A DNA stretch of 64,000 bases, taken from a virus. A model generated the notes under the pieces. That model saw only the letters and a list, made by a program, of their open reading frames with translations. It was not told where the DNA came from and searched no databases. Of the stretch, positions 49,200 through 59,178 are shown piece by piece (within the stretch, counting starts at the first letter, position 1; each line of letters opens with the position of its first letter). The stretch lies in the IMG/VR virus record IMGVR_UViG_3300038466_000014; one strand, written 5' to 3'. A program made the position numbers and the translations under genes.

Positions 49200-49442
49200 A
49201 TGAACATTCTATGTAAATTAGGACGACATAAATGGGTTAATACGAGGGCTAAGAATAAAGCAAAACTTGAAAAAGAAATAGAGGAGAATTATTACGATAA
49301 TTTATATTTTGATATGTATATAACCGATGTTGTTCTATGTACGAAAAAATGTGAAAGATGTGGTATTATGTTTGATGAAATAAAAGAATATACTAAATGG
49401 TATGTGGAGACCAAAATGAAGCAAAAAAATAATCAGATTTAA
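49200..49442 (+). CDS. Small DUF1660-like protein
   Basis: LCKLGRHKW...CERCG. Confidence 0.55.
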   Translation: MNILCKLGRHKWVNTRAKNKAKLEKEIEENYYDNLYFDMYITDVVLCTKKCERCGIMFDEIKEYTKWYVETKMKQKNNQI

Positions 49443-49443
49443 T

Positions 49444-49457
49444 TATATATATTAAAT
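49444..49457 (+). promoter_or_regulatory. Motif B
   Basis: Exact copy. Confidence 0.55.
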
Positions 49458-49530
49458 ATTAATCAAACCCTCTCAATTCGGGTTGATTGTAGTACAAACA
49501 ATATAATATTTTTTGGGAGTCGAGTCTGAA

Positions 49531-49689
49531 ATGGAAATTATTTACAAATTTGGGTGGGGATTTTATGTTGTGAGCAGAAGAGGGACTTCCAAAACGATAT
49601 CCGCAGTACCGATCGCCAAACGCGCCACTGGTAGGGCGATTAGATTCTCCAGAACAGGTATCGGATTTGTATGGGGTGTTCAAACGTAA
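49531..49689 (+). CDS. 52-aa basic protein
   Basis: MEIIYKFGWGFYVVSRRGTSKTISAVPIAKRATGRAIRFSRTGIGFVWGVQT, between motif B and a hairpin at 49703-49726. Confidence 0.45.
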   Translation: MEIIYKFGWGFYVVSRRGTSKTISAVPIAKRATGRAIRFSRTGIGFVWGVQT

Positions 49690-49753
49690 TCGAATGTTCG
49701 GAAGGCCGGGAGATTGCTTCCGGCCTAACAAATTTACTAATCATGGTGTCATT

Positions 49754-50707
49754 TTGTTGGAAAAATATTTATGGGTTGAAAAGTATAGACCAAGAACGTT
49801 GGATGATATGGTGCTCGATGAAGTTAATAAACATATGTTTGAGAAATTCATATCCGATAAAAGTATTCCGAATCTTCTTTTTATAGGAAAGGCTGGAAGC
49901 GGAAAAACCACAGTGGCCAGAATTCTTATTGGTAACATAGTTAAAAAGGAAGATGTTTTGATTCTAAACGGTTCTTCGAATCGTGGTATTGCCATTGTAA
50001 GAGAAACCATAGACGAGTTTTTAAGTTTACCGTCATACTCGGATTCGAAAATTAAAATTGTGTATATTGATGAGTTCGATAATATGATGCCGGACGCTCA
50101 TAAGGCGTTACGGTTTAAAATCGAGGAAGCTCATGATATAGGAAGATTTATCTTTACGGCGAATTATAGGCATAGTATTCTTCCAGAATTATTTTCCCGT
50201 GTGGCAGAGTATCATTTCAAGGTCGTTGATTTTGAAACCTCTCTTAAATATGTATACTCGGTTCTCGAAAAAGAGAATGTTCAATTTGATAAAAATCATA
50301 TATCAGAATTGGTAAAAATATATTATCCGGATATTCGCAGAGTTCTTAATATGTTGCATGGATTTTGTGCCGATAACAAGATAATCGTAGGTACGGAATA
50401 TCTGTTGGAAAACGAAGATAAGGTTGTGGATAGTATAAAAAATATTTGTAAATCTTTAATGAATAAAGATTTGTCGGATATAAGAACCCACGTAGATTAC
50501 ATTAATAGTATTCTTGAGACGTATGATCTTGATTACAATTCTATTTTTAAAAGATTGTATCAGCACCAGGGAATTCCACTATGGGCCAAAGTTATTATGG
50601 GCGATTATTGTGATAAACATTTAACATCGATTGTACCACAACTGCCATTTTTATCTATGATTTCCAAAATGACCAGTGCTGGAAAACGAGTGTACAATCT
50701 TAAATAA
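49754..50707 (+). CDS. Sliding-clamp loader subunit (T4 gp44/RFC-like)
   Basis: LWVEKYRP, GKAGSGKTT, IDEFD, FTAN and PDIRR. Likely TTG start at 49754 or 49757; frame is open from 49667. Confidence 0.92.
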   Translation: MLEKYLWVEKYRPRTLDDMVLDEVNKHMFEKFISDKSIPNLLFIGKAGSGKTTVARILIGNIVKKEDVLILNGSSNRGIAIVRETIDEFLSLPSYSDSKIKIVYIDEFDNMMPDAHKALRFKIEEAHDIGRFIFTANYRHSILPELFSRVAEYHFKVVDFETSLKYVYSVLEKENVQFDKNHISELVKIYYPDIRRVLNMLHGFCADNKIIVGTEYLLENEDKVVDSIKNICKSLMNKDLSDIRTHVDYINSILETYDLDYNSIFKRLYQHQGIPLWAKVIMGDYCDKHLTSIVPQLPFLSMISKMTSAGKRVYNLK

Positions 50708-50718
50708 AACAGGACAGT

Positions 50719-51720
50719 ATGGGAGAAGAAAAATCCATACATTATGAGAAGCTCAGAAAACACTTAAAAAAGATTACAGGTCTTGGATATTACAATGCTG
50801 GGAAAACCGAGTTGATTTGTAGATGTCCTTTTCCTGGCTGTGAGGTAGATCAAAAAAAGAATTATTCATACGGGAGATTATATTTATCTACAGAATATCC
50901 ATTTTTCAACTGTTTTAGATGTAATACCAATGGTAGTATATTTAAACTTTTAGATTACCTTGATTTAGATTATAAAGAATATACATCATTAGAATCAAAC
51001 GATATCAAAAAATTCGTCAAATCTGTAAACTATAAAAATGTTATTAGAGATATAAATATTAATGATGAAAAAAACAATGATAATAAATATTTAAATAAGG
51101 TAGAGTATTTGAAAACCAGACTTGGTGCTGATTACAACATCAGAACCATTCCGAATCTCGTTTTTAATATAAAAGAATTTATAACCGACAATAAGATTAT
51201 ATTGAATGATAGAGAAAAAGGATTTTTAAATTATTATGAAGATAATTGTATAGGATTTATAGGTTCCCGTCATAAAGTGTTGGTTCTTAGAAGCATCAAA
51301 TCAGATGAACTCATATCGTACCATAAAATCAATATAGATGATTCTGCTGGATTTAAAGATTTTTATGGTATGAGTACAGGGCCGATTCTACCGGCAGATA
51401 TCAACAAAATTGTATTATGCGAGGGAGTGTTCGATTTTTTGGTCGGATACAACCATCTATCGAAACATAATAATTTCGAAAATGTGTGTCATTGGGCCGC
51501 TGTATTTGGTTCCCAATATAGACTATCAATATTTTCTATTATGGATTTCTTATGTCTTACTTATGTTGACGTAATAATTCTGTCTGATAAGGATAAAGAT
51601 ATTACTTATTACGACAAGATAAAATCATTGCCGTGTGTACGAAACGTCGATGTTTTCTATAACGTACAAGGACATGATTTTGGAGAACTTCCTATAGAGA
51701 TTGGAAGAGTAACACAGTAG
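50719..51720 (+). CDS. DNA primase (Zn finger plus TOPRIM)
   Basis: RCPFPGC..FNCFRC, LCEGVFD and SDKD. Confidence 0.8.
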   Translation: MGEEKSIHYEKLRKHLKKITGLGYYNAGKTELICRCPFPGCEVDQKKNYSYGRLYLSTEYPFFNCFRCNTNGSIFKLLDYLDLDYKEYTSLESNDIKKFVKSVNYKNVIRDININDEKNNDNKYLNKVEYLKTRLGADYNIRTIPNLVFNIKEFITDNKIILNDREKGFLNYYEDNCIGFIGSRHKVLVLRSIKSDELISYHKINIDDSAGFKDFYGMSTGPILPADINKIVLCEGVFDFLVGYNHLSKHNNFENVCHWAAVFGSQYRLSIFSIMDFLCLTYVDVIILSDKDKDITYYDKIKSLPCVRNVDVFYNVQGHDFGELPIEIGRVTQ

Positions 51721-51777
51721 GTACACGTAAGGATTGGGTTAAACAATAAAGTACATTTACATCTTCGACGATAGGTA

Positions 51778-52143
51778 TTGAGTCTAATGGAAGAGTTAGA
51801 AAAAGCGTTTAAAAATGATCATCCACAACTCGATCCTGAATTCAATATAGATAATTTATTAGAGTTGGAAATAAAAGCAAAGAACGAAAATAATTTTTGT
51901 GTATATGGAGATGGATGTTATTTCTCAATATATAAGATAAAACATGAAGGAACATACAAACATTTAATAATGTTTAGTATAACGGTTTCTCATAAAGCTA
52001 CAAATGATAATACGTACAGAATTATAAATCTTTTGAGTGTAATTGAGCAGAAATATGTAAATAAAATATGTAGATATAAGATGGTTAGAAATATTGATAA
52101 TGGTAATTCATATGCATTAGTGCAGGTAATACTAAACGTATAA
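51778..52143 (+). CDS. Hypothetical protein
   Basis: 121 aa. Confidence 0.55.
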   Translation: MSLMEELEKAFKNDHPQLDPEFNIDNLLELEIKAKNENNFCVYGDGCYFSIYKIKHEGTYKHLIMFSITVSHKATNDNTYRIINLLSVIEQKYVNKICRYKMVRNIDNGNSYALVQVILNV

Positions 52144-52167
52144 ACAAATCGAGGAAAGGTACAAGTA

Positions 52168-52812
52168 ATGAGTCAAAGTCCAAACAAAGACCTTGAATTG
52201 GTATTGTGTGTTGAGCAGGATTCATTGTTTGATTTTTTGGATACCGACGGCGGGTTTAAGTGTTATGTAGGATTGGAACTGGATGAACTACTTGATTTTA
52301 TTAAAGATAATAAACTATTCCTATATAGATATATGGCGGAAAATAAACCGCAATACAAGCAGATTATTCCATACTGTACATTAAAATGTGGCGATGATTA
52401 TTATCTTCTTACCAGAAAAGACACACAATACGAAACCAGACTTCACGGTAAATCACATCTTGGAGTTGGCGGGCACATAAATCCGTTAGACAGAAAAATA
52501 TATTCTAAAACCGATTCCGAATTTATGATGTCATGTATGAGAGAATTAAATGAGGAATTGAATATAAGCATCAATATTACTAAAGAAGATTTTTCCATGC
52601 TATGTTGCATTTTCGATAAAAAAAATGCTGTAGGGAAGGTGCATTTTGGAGTAGCGTTACTTTTAAATATACCAGAAGATAAAAAAGAATTAATCTCTGT
52701 TAAGGAAACAGATAAGATGGATGGTAAGTGGGTGTCTAAAACAGATCTAAAAGATATGTACGAGAGTATGGAATCATGGACCCAAATAATAGTCAAAAAT
52801 TTCATATTTTAA
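52168..52812 (+). CDS. NUDIX-family phosphoesterase
   Basis: KQIIPY, GVGGHIN, RELNEEL, VGKVHFG and MESWT. Confidence 0.85.
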   Translation: MSQSPNKDLELVLCVEQDSLFDFLDTDGGFKCYVGLELDELLDFIKDNKLFLYRYMAENKPQYKQIIPYCTLKCGDDYYLLTRKDTQYETRLHGKSHLGVGGHINPLDRKIYSKTDSEFMMSCMRELNEELNISINITKEDFSMLCCIFDKKNAVGKVHFGVALLLNIPEDKKELISVKETDKMDGKWVSKTDLKDMYESMESWTQIIVKNFIF

Positions 52813-52825
52813 GGGTAAACGAATG

Positions 52826-52840
52826 AGGACAAATTTTAAA
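52826..52840 (+). promoter_or_regulatory. Motif A
   Basis: Exact copy. Confidence 0.65.
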
Positions 52841-52914
52841 AAGAAAGGGTGTGGTATTGGGAGAAGTGTATAGTATAAATTAATTGGTTAATAAAACATT
52901 GAAAGAGTGGATAA

Positions 52915-53610
52915 ATGGACGAAAAGGATTATGGTATAAAACTTGGCTCCAAACTAATTCTAAAAATGGCGGATATACTTAATTGGATTTCGCACGACAA
53001 AACAGATAAAATTTCGTATGATCATATAGTAAAAGAATTTGGTGAAATACTTGGAGCGAGCAGGGCATTCATATTTAAACGATTTGAATCTGGCGGGACT
53101 ATATATTACAAAGTTACAGATTTGTGGACTGTATCTGATAAAGATAAATTATGTGATGTTGTTATAGCCAGATCCGATTTTCCGAACGTCATAGATATGC
53201 TTGAGAATAAAGAGTGTATATATGAAGATGTAGGTGTATTTTCGGAAAAAGAACAGAATTTCTTACGTAGCGTCAATGTCTTATGTTTGGCCTGTGTCCC
53301 TATTATAGGGTATGATTCAAATGTATGTGGATTTTTCGGATTTAATGATTGTGTCACTAACAGGGTGTTTACCGAGATAGAGCATTCCGCTCTAAAAGCT
53401 ATAGGGTCTATTATCGGAACAATTATGAGATTAGAAGAAGAAAGTAATAAACGGAGCGTTTTGATACAAGAACACATTCAGCAGTTTAGAACCCTTAGAG
53501 AGGAAATCGATAGACGTATAGCAATGACTACTGACGATGAATATACGATCAATGCCCATCAACATCTATCTATAGATCAGAACGAGTCATCTATGAGTGC
53601 TGAATTTTAA
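52915..53610 (+). CDS. GAF-domain protein
   Basis: ASRAFIF...LACVPI..GFFGFNDC..RVFTEIE..LKAIG. Confidence 0.8.
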   Translation: MDEKDYGIKLGSKLILKMADILNWISHDKTDKISYDHIVKEFGEILGASRAFIFKRFESGGTIYYKVTDLWTVSDKDKLCDVVIARSDFPNVIDMLENKECIYEDVGVFSEKEQNFLRSVNVLCLACVPIIGYDSNVCGFFGFNDCVTNRVFTEIEHSALKAIGSIIGTIMRLEEESNKRSVLIQEHIQQFRTLREEIDRRIAMTTDDEYTINAHQHLSIDQNESSMSAEF

Positions 53611-53669
53611 AGTTCTTTACACCTCACCTCAACTTCAACTTATCCCTTCTGCGATAGAAAGAACGATAA

Positions 53670-54290
53670 ATGGCACAGTACGAAGAATTAATAATCGAGA
53701 TATCCAAATTTATGGGAAGCATATCGATACTTGTTGGAAATATAGACAAGATGACTAAAGAATTACCGAGCGTTAAGGATTATAACCATTTGTATGGACT
53801 GGTTGATGATCTCGACGACGCACAAAAATCAATATTAAAGACAATTCAAGAATTCACACTCATTAATGAGAACCATTCAAAAACTTTTATATCCAATCTG
53901 ACAGAGATGTCTAAAAAAATGGATATAGTAAACGATCAGCTTAAGATTTTATCAAGTGAAAAATTTATTAATCATCTTAATGACTGTGATAGATCTTGTG
54001 ATATTATAAGTCAAATTAAAACCAACACTGCCGAATTAAAGAAGTCTTTCGATTCAGTTACTACAGAATTTAATAGGCTTGGAATTCTCTGGAAAGCTGT
54101 TGGTATATCTTTAGATGATCTTCAGGAAGTTGTTATAGCATCAAAACAAATAAACAGGATTGTAAACTGGTTTTCCGGATGGAAGAAATCTATTATATTG
54201 ATTTTTACCGGAGGAGCGGTTTTAATGTCGTTTTATGACGGGTTTGAAAAATTAATCGGGTTCATTGAAAAAATAAAGTCACTTTTTTAG
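53670..54290 (+). CDS. Coiled-coil protein with C-terminal TM segment
   Basis: Heptad-rich body ending in IILIFTGGAVLM. Confidence 0.55.
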   Translation: MAQYEELIIEISKFMGSISILVGNIDKMTKELPSVKDYNHLYGLVDDLDDAQKSILKTIQEFTLINENHSKTFISNLTEMSKKMDIVNDQLKILSSEKFINHLNDCDRSCDIISQIKTNTAELKKSFDSVTTEFNRLGILWKAVGISLDDLQEVVIASKQINRIVNWFSGWKKSIILIFTGGAVLMSFYDGFEKLIGFIEKIKSLF

Positions 54291-54304
54291 GAGGAGTTAT
54301 AGCA

Positions 54305-54682
54305 ATGACCGTATCGTTAAATCTTAAACAAATCGAGGAGCTTGTTATAAAAACCGGATCTCTTAGTAAAGTAATGCTTACAGATTTTCCTCTCGTGGTT
54401 TCCTGGAAACTGAGCAGAATATACAAGCAATTAACAGAGGAATATAAGACTCTTTTTGAGGTTAGAAAATCAGCATATCTAAAATATGGAGAAGATGCCG
54501 GAGACGGACTTATTAAGATAAAGCCGGAATTTAATGAAGCGTTTTCTAAAGAATTCAACGACCTTAATAATAAAACCATAGAATTTGATTTTGAGACAGT
54601 TACTCTAAAAGAATTGTCCGGGGTAAATTTGTCTCCCGCCGACATATATAATCTTGTAAATTCTGGAATTCTTGTAGAGTAA
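54305..54682 (+). CDS. Phage protein (DUF1617-like)
   Basis: FPLVVSWKLSR..R..LKYG pattern and AGGAGG SD. Confidence 0.55.
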   Translation: MTVSLNLKQIEELVIKTGSLSKVMLTDFPLVVSWKLSRIYKQLTEEYKTLFEVRKSAYLKYGEDAGDGLIKIKPEFNEAFSKEFNDLNNKTIEFDFETVTLKELSGVNLSPADIYNLVNSGILVE

Positions 54683-54695
54683 CGATTTTGAAAGG

Positions 54696-55487
54696 ATGAT
54701 AAATGTCTTGGAAAAGTTTGATTTGCTCATACCGGTATCCAATGCGGGAGGAGATGATTTTTATGACAGATTAAAAAATGTACAGATGACCGTAAATGCA
54801 ACCCCTGCTCAATATGTAAATTTATACATAATAGAACAGATTATAGATGAATCATATCCAACATTCTATAATAATTTAAAATTAAGAAAAGGCGTTAATT
54901 ATATATCGTGTTCATACAAAGAGTTTAATAAATCATGGTTATACAATATAGGATATAAACAGTCGAAGTCGGAATATATTATTTTGGGAGAATCTGATTG
55001 TACCCCGAATTGTCCATTTAGATATTATAAAGATATGCTTAAATATGTAAAAACAAGATTATGGTTTTTTGGTTGGAGTAAGTTAATATATTTGGATAAG
55101 ACGGGAAAAGCTGTAGTGAAGGTCGTGGAACCTAAACGTGGATATGCTGAAGGTGGATTTGTATTCTTCACAAGAGAATATTTTGCCAGGATTGGTTATG
55201 CCAACGAGTTTATAGAACATCTCGGTGGTATAGATAATGAACTTGCGGATCGGGCACGGTTATTCCAATCGGATGATATGTTCAAATGGACGATTTTTCA
55301 TCATTGGCATCGTCCGAGTTATATGAAGGATTTTAGAAAGGGAAGCCGATCGAAAAACACATCTATTTGTAGAAATGTTAGAACTAATACTGGAGCATAC
55401 ATTGACAAATTAAGATCGTTAAATGTAGGATCCAGTAAACCATTAAAGCAAACCATGTCGTGGGATAGTCTTGGTTTGCCTGTATGA
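54696..55487 (+). CDS. GT2/GT7-like glycosyltransferase
   Basis: FNKSWLYNIG, ESDC, GYANEF..GGIDNE and HHWH. Confidence 0.8.
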   Translation: MINVLEKFDLLIPVSNAGGDDFYDRLKNVQMTVNATPAQYVNLYIIEQIIDESYPTFYNNLKLRKGVNYISCSYKEFNKSWLYNIGYKQSKSEYIILGESDCTPNCPFRYYKDMLKYVKTRLWFFGWSKLIYLDKTGKAVVKVVEPKRGYAEGGFVFFTREYFARIGYANEFIEHLGGIDNELADRARLFQSDDMFKWTIFHHWHRPSYMKDFRKGSRSKNTSICRNVRTNTGAYIDKLRSLNVGSSKPLKQTMSWDSLGLPV

Positions 55488-55505
55488 GTAAAGGACCGTT
55501 AATAT

Positions 55506-57083
55506 ATGGTCGGAGAATATTTTCTCGATCAATGCGTAACTTTTTTAATAACCACTACCGAACTTAATCGGGTAAATAGAGAATTACTGGAATCTATTAG
55601 AATTATATTAAATAGATATAAAAAAGAACTGGATACAGAGCATAAACAATTCTTCGGAGAAAAACATGATTTTGTTTTATATTTTGTGGAATATAAAATA
55701 TCAAATGTTTATGATTTCGAATCATTTATAAGCGGATTAAGCAACGGTAAATTTCAGCATATGGTTGAATATATAAGATCTATCAAACAATTAGATACTC
55801 CTATAGACATCAAGATATTTTCAGATATGGTTTTTTCTAAAAAGAAAATGTCAGATATGCTGATCGGTAAAAAAAGAGTAATGAAGGAATTGGGAAAAAT
55901 AGATTCTGGAAGTTATGCGGATGAGAAGGAGGCTATTAAGATATGGGAAAAAGTTGTGTTTGATGTGAGTAAACAGGTTGCGGAAGTAAAGAAAAAAGAA
56001 GCTGTAGAAGGGATAACGTATATAGATGTCGTGGAAGATAATTTTGATGCCGTAAACACAAAACTCAAATCTCTCGACGATAAACTTACGGTTTTAAATC
56101 CCGGATTTAAATTCCTCAGAGAAGTGTTACCTTACGGCGGATTCGAGCCATGTAGATTATATTTGATAGGAGGAACCACTGGAGTTGGTAAATCAAATTT
56201 TCTTGTTAACGTAGCAGGAAATATTATCAACTCGTCTATAAACGAATCGGAGTCTGATGAGAAAAAAGACGGACTGTTATATATAACGGGAGAGAATCTT
56301 ATTGATGAAACTCTGGAGAGATTATATTGTCAGATGAGTGGATGTCCGGTTTCCAAGTTAAGAAAAAAATATGAACAAGATGATTATGACTTCGGAAAAG
56401 ATGTTAAAGAACTGTTCGTTGGTAAAGCGTATACAATCCAGATTGTATATGTAAAACCAAAGGTTACCACATTATTTGATATAGAAGCGATTGTGGATAG
56501 GTTTTTAACTTCCGGGAAAAATTTGAAAGGATTGTTTATAGATTATCTTGATTTGTTCCGGACTGGTAATGAATTTACAGAATTAAGACACGAACTCGGA
56601 AATGTAACTATGGGGCTTAAAAATATAGCGGTCTCATATAGAATTCCAGTGATAACACCAACACAGCTTAACCGTTCCGGATATAACGCCCCTTCGGGCG
56701 GGAACAAACCGTCAAAACATATCCCAAGCTTGGCACAGACCGGAGAGTCTATGCAGAAGGCGGATAACTCAGATTTCGTATTATTTTTAAATGCAGATTC
56801 AGAACCAGGAGACGAAAATAGAATACCTATAGTAAACTCTGAAGACAGGTTTATAAAATTTACAACCATAAAAGCGTCTGTATTGAAAAACAGAAACGGG
56901 CGTGTAGGATTAAATGTTGGAACTACTCTTATTACTAAAGACGATATCATATCCGTTAATGGAGAACAAGAGATTCTGGTTGAGAATATATTCAATTATC
57001 GTCTTGAAGAAAAACCAAAAAAAATTTCTGATACTGAACAAATAATGACTCAAAATAGAGAAGATAATTCTAATCGTTTTTAG
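55506..57083 (+). CDS. DnaB/gp41-like replicative helicase
   Basis: GTTGVGKS, FIDYLD, TPTQLNR, GES..ADNSD and KNRNG. Confidence 0.92.
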   Translation: MVGEYFLDQCVTFLITTTELNRVNRELLESIRIILNRYKKELDTEHKQFFGEKHDFVLYFVEYKISNVYDFESFISGLSNGKFQHMVEYIRSIKQLDTPIDIKIFSDMVFSKKKMSDMLIGKKRVMKELGKIDSGSYADEKEAIKIWEKVVFDVSKQVAEVKKKEAVEGITYIDVVEDNFDAVNTKLKSLDDKLTVLNPGFKFLREVLPYGGFEPCRLYLIGGTTGVGKSNFLVNVAGNIINSSINESESDEKKDGLLYITGENLIDETLERLYCQMSGCPVSKLRKKYEQDDYDFGKDVKELFVGKAYTIQIVYVKPKVTTLFDIEAIVDRFLTSGKNLKGLFIDYLDLFRTGNEFTELRHELGNVTMGLKNIAVSYRIPVITPTQLNRSGYNAPSGGNKPSKHIPSLAQTGESMQKADNSDFVLFLNADSEPGDENRIPIVNSEDRFIKFTTIKASVLKNRNGRVGLNVGTTLITKDDIISVNGEQEILVENIFNYRLEEKPKKISDTEQIMTQNREDNSNRF

Positions 57084-57092
57084 GTTTAGCTA

Positions 57093-57107
57093 AGGACAAA
57101 TTTTAAA
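57093..57107 (+). promoter_or_regulatory. Motif A
   Basis: Exact copy. Confidence 0.65.
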
Positions 57108-57160
57108 ACAGGTGGTATGATGTATATCCATATATACATCGATATGTTAACATGAATTAA

Positions 57161-57832
57161 ATGGAGGTTATTTTAGTAATGGGCAAACATAGTGATGAGA
57201 AACAAGCTTATATTGCGTTCTTAGAAGCCAATCTTGCAAGTCAAATAGAAAGAACCTATACCAAATCTCCGGCCCGCGCCAAGAAAGTCGAAGGAATGGG
57301 TTATAGGGGTCTGTCTTGCGGATTCGATGACGAACTGAACTGGACTGGCGGAACGGATAGGCAAACCGCCAAGAAGATGTCTGATATAGATGATCTTTTA
57401 GATGATATAACTTCGAATGTTGGAGTTAAAGAGGTATATAAGTCTCCGATGAATGTTCTTGAAGAGATGGATGCTGACGACGAAGAGGGCGATGGAAAAG
57501 AAGCTCTTAAGAAAAAAGCCGGTATCGATGAGGATTCAGATGACGATGAAAATACAGATGTAGAGGATGAAGACGCGGACGAGGATGATGAAAAAGAAGA
57601 CGAGGACGAGGATGAACCGAAGAACAAGTCAGGTAAAAAAGATAAGAAGACTGATGATGTGTTGGATGTAGATAAAGAACTTGATGAGTCTACCTTCAGC
57701 GGACTTGACAGAACGCAAGCGGAAATAATTTCGAACATTATATACGAGATGAATAGCATCGATTCCCAATCAGATACCCTTTTAGAGGGTGATGATTATA
57801 CAGATGATGAGTATATGGACTATGACGAATAG
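57161..57832 (+). CDS. Highly acidic low-complexity protein
   Basis: Long D/E tract; flanked by its own motif A and terminator. Confidence 0.65.
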   Translation: MEVILVMGKHSDEKQAYIAFLEANLASQIERTYTKSPARAKKVEGMGYRGLSCGFDDELNWTGGTDRQTAKKMSDIDDLLDDITSNVGVKEVYKSPMNVLEEMDADDEEGDGKEALKKKAGIDEDSDDDENTDVEDEDADEDDEKEDEDEDEPKNKSGKKDKKTDDVLDVDKELDESTFSGLDRTQAEIISNIIYEMNSIDSQSDTLLEGDDYTDDEYMDYDE

Positions 57833-57845
57833 AACAACCTAATCT

Positions 57846-57894
57846 AAAACGTGGGACGGGATTTGTATTTTATAATTCCCGTCCCACGTTTTTT
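57846..57894 (+). terminator. Rho-independent terminator
   Basis: AAAACGTGGGACGGGA/TCCCGTCCCACGTTTT plus T-run. Confidence 0.8.
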
Positions 57895-57910
57895 AATTCG
57901 TGTGAGGGAA

Positions 57911-58243
57911 ATGGCTCGTAAAAAGAAAGTAGAAATACAAAGATTATTATTTATTGTAAAAAAGCCTGGAAAAGTTTTAGAACTTCCCAACGGCAAAGTT
58001 AGGAGAAGTCCATTTTTTATGTTGTTTGATGAAGATCATAAAGATACATTACAAACCCTTATGAAAAGACACGGAATTATAGATTTTGAAATAAAGATTT
58101 TAAATGATGAAGAACTAAAGTTTGTTCAGGATATTATGGATTATAATCTAAAAAATAACAATTCTGTAAAATCTATAGATAAAGGTATGAAGAAAAGATC
58201 ATCCCCCGGAATAAACATAGACGCTTCTATTACAAGAGGTTAG
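57911..58243 (+). CDS. Hypothetical protein
   Basis: Likely start MARKKK after GAGGG; the track start (57851) lies inside the terminator. Confidence 0.6.
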   Translation: MARKKKVEIQRLLFIVKKPGKVLELPNGKVRRSPFFMLFDEDHKDTLQTLMKRHGIIDFEIKILNDEELKFVQDIMDYNLKNNNSVKSIDKGMKKRSSPGINIDASITRG

Positions 58244-58253
58244 TATAGGAAAC

Positions 58254-58757
58254 ATGGGCGAAAGAAAAATTACAATCTATCTTAAAGACCGAGAGGTTGT
58301 TTTAACGGATTCGGATGATAAACCAATTTCCGAGGAAGTTAAAGCCATAACTGAAATTATGAAACAACCCGGTATGATTTTAATACAGACCACTAATGAC
58401 GTTCTGTTTATTCGTAAAGAAGATATACGTGGAGTACATTTTGAAAAGGATATTAAGAGGCGGGGAAAGAAGAAAAAGATAGATATAGAAGAGGAATTTG
58501 TTATAAACTCCATTATAAAAGACGATAAAGATGATGACGATTATAATGGGCCTGAATTGGACCTTAATCTTCCAATTGATCCTCCACAGTCTAACCAGGA
58601 AGAATATTTCAAACAAGGTATCGTCGAACCTTCGAGCAATGAACCCGAATCCCCGGAAGAAATAGAGTCTTTAGAGGATGCGGAATTTATAGTGGAGGAT
58701 CCGGACAAAGTAGTTGCAGAGGTTGCTTCTTGGGATCAGGAATCTGATAATGATTAA
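58254..58757 (+). CDS. Hypothetical protein
   Basis: 167 aa with acidic tail. Confidence 0.65.
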   Translation: MGERKITIYLKDREVVLTDSDDKPISEEVKAITEIMKQPGMILIQTTNDVLFIRKEDIRGVHFEKDIKRRGKKKKIDIEEEFVINSIIKDDKDDDDYNGPELDLNLPIDPPQSNQEEYFKQGIVEPSSNEPESPEEIESLEDAEFIVEDPDKVVAEVASWDQESDND

Positions 58758-59175
58758 TATAACAATACTTCTATGTGTCTTTTTATTCACTGGATTTTTT
58801 TTGATCAAATTTTTAAATATTCACAAACGAAATTCCATATATAAATATTATGATAAACTAAAAGTAATATATGATAGTTCTTTTGATTTGGCGTTTAAGA
58901 AAATATACATTGAAAAAATATCATTATATCATAGCAGTAAAATTAAATTTGATGGTGTGGATATAGAAAAGGTAAAAAAAGAATTTATTCAATGTCTTTT
59001 TCTATTCCTCGGAGATAAGGTAATTCAAGATCTAATTGTTGTTCATGGAAGTTACGAAACATTGTGCGCTATATCTTTAAATAGGTTTGTTGCGGCGGTT
59101 TTAGTGGAGGAGTCCCAACGATTCAATGCGGAGACCGAAGTGTACAAACCAACAGTAATAAATATGGAGAATTAA
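58714..59175 (+). CDS. Membrane-anchored hypothetical protein
   Basis: N-terminal TM; probable start MINI. Confidence 0.6.
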   Translation: MQRLLLGIRNLIMINITILLCVFLFTGFFLIKFLNIHKRNSIYKYYDKLKVIYDSSFDLAFKKIYIEKISLYHSSKIKFDGVDIEKVKKEFIQCLFLFLGDKVIQDLIVVHGSYETLCAISLNRFVAAVLVEESQRFNAETEVYKPTVINMEN

Positions 59176-59178
59176 AAT

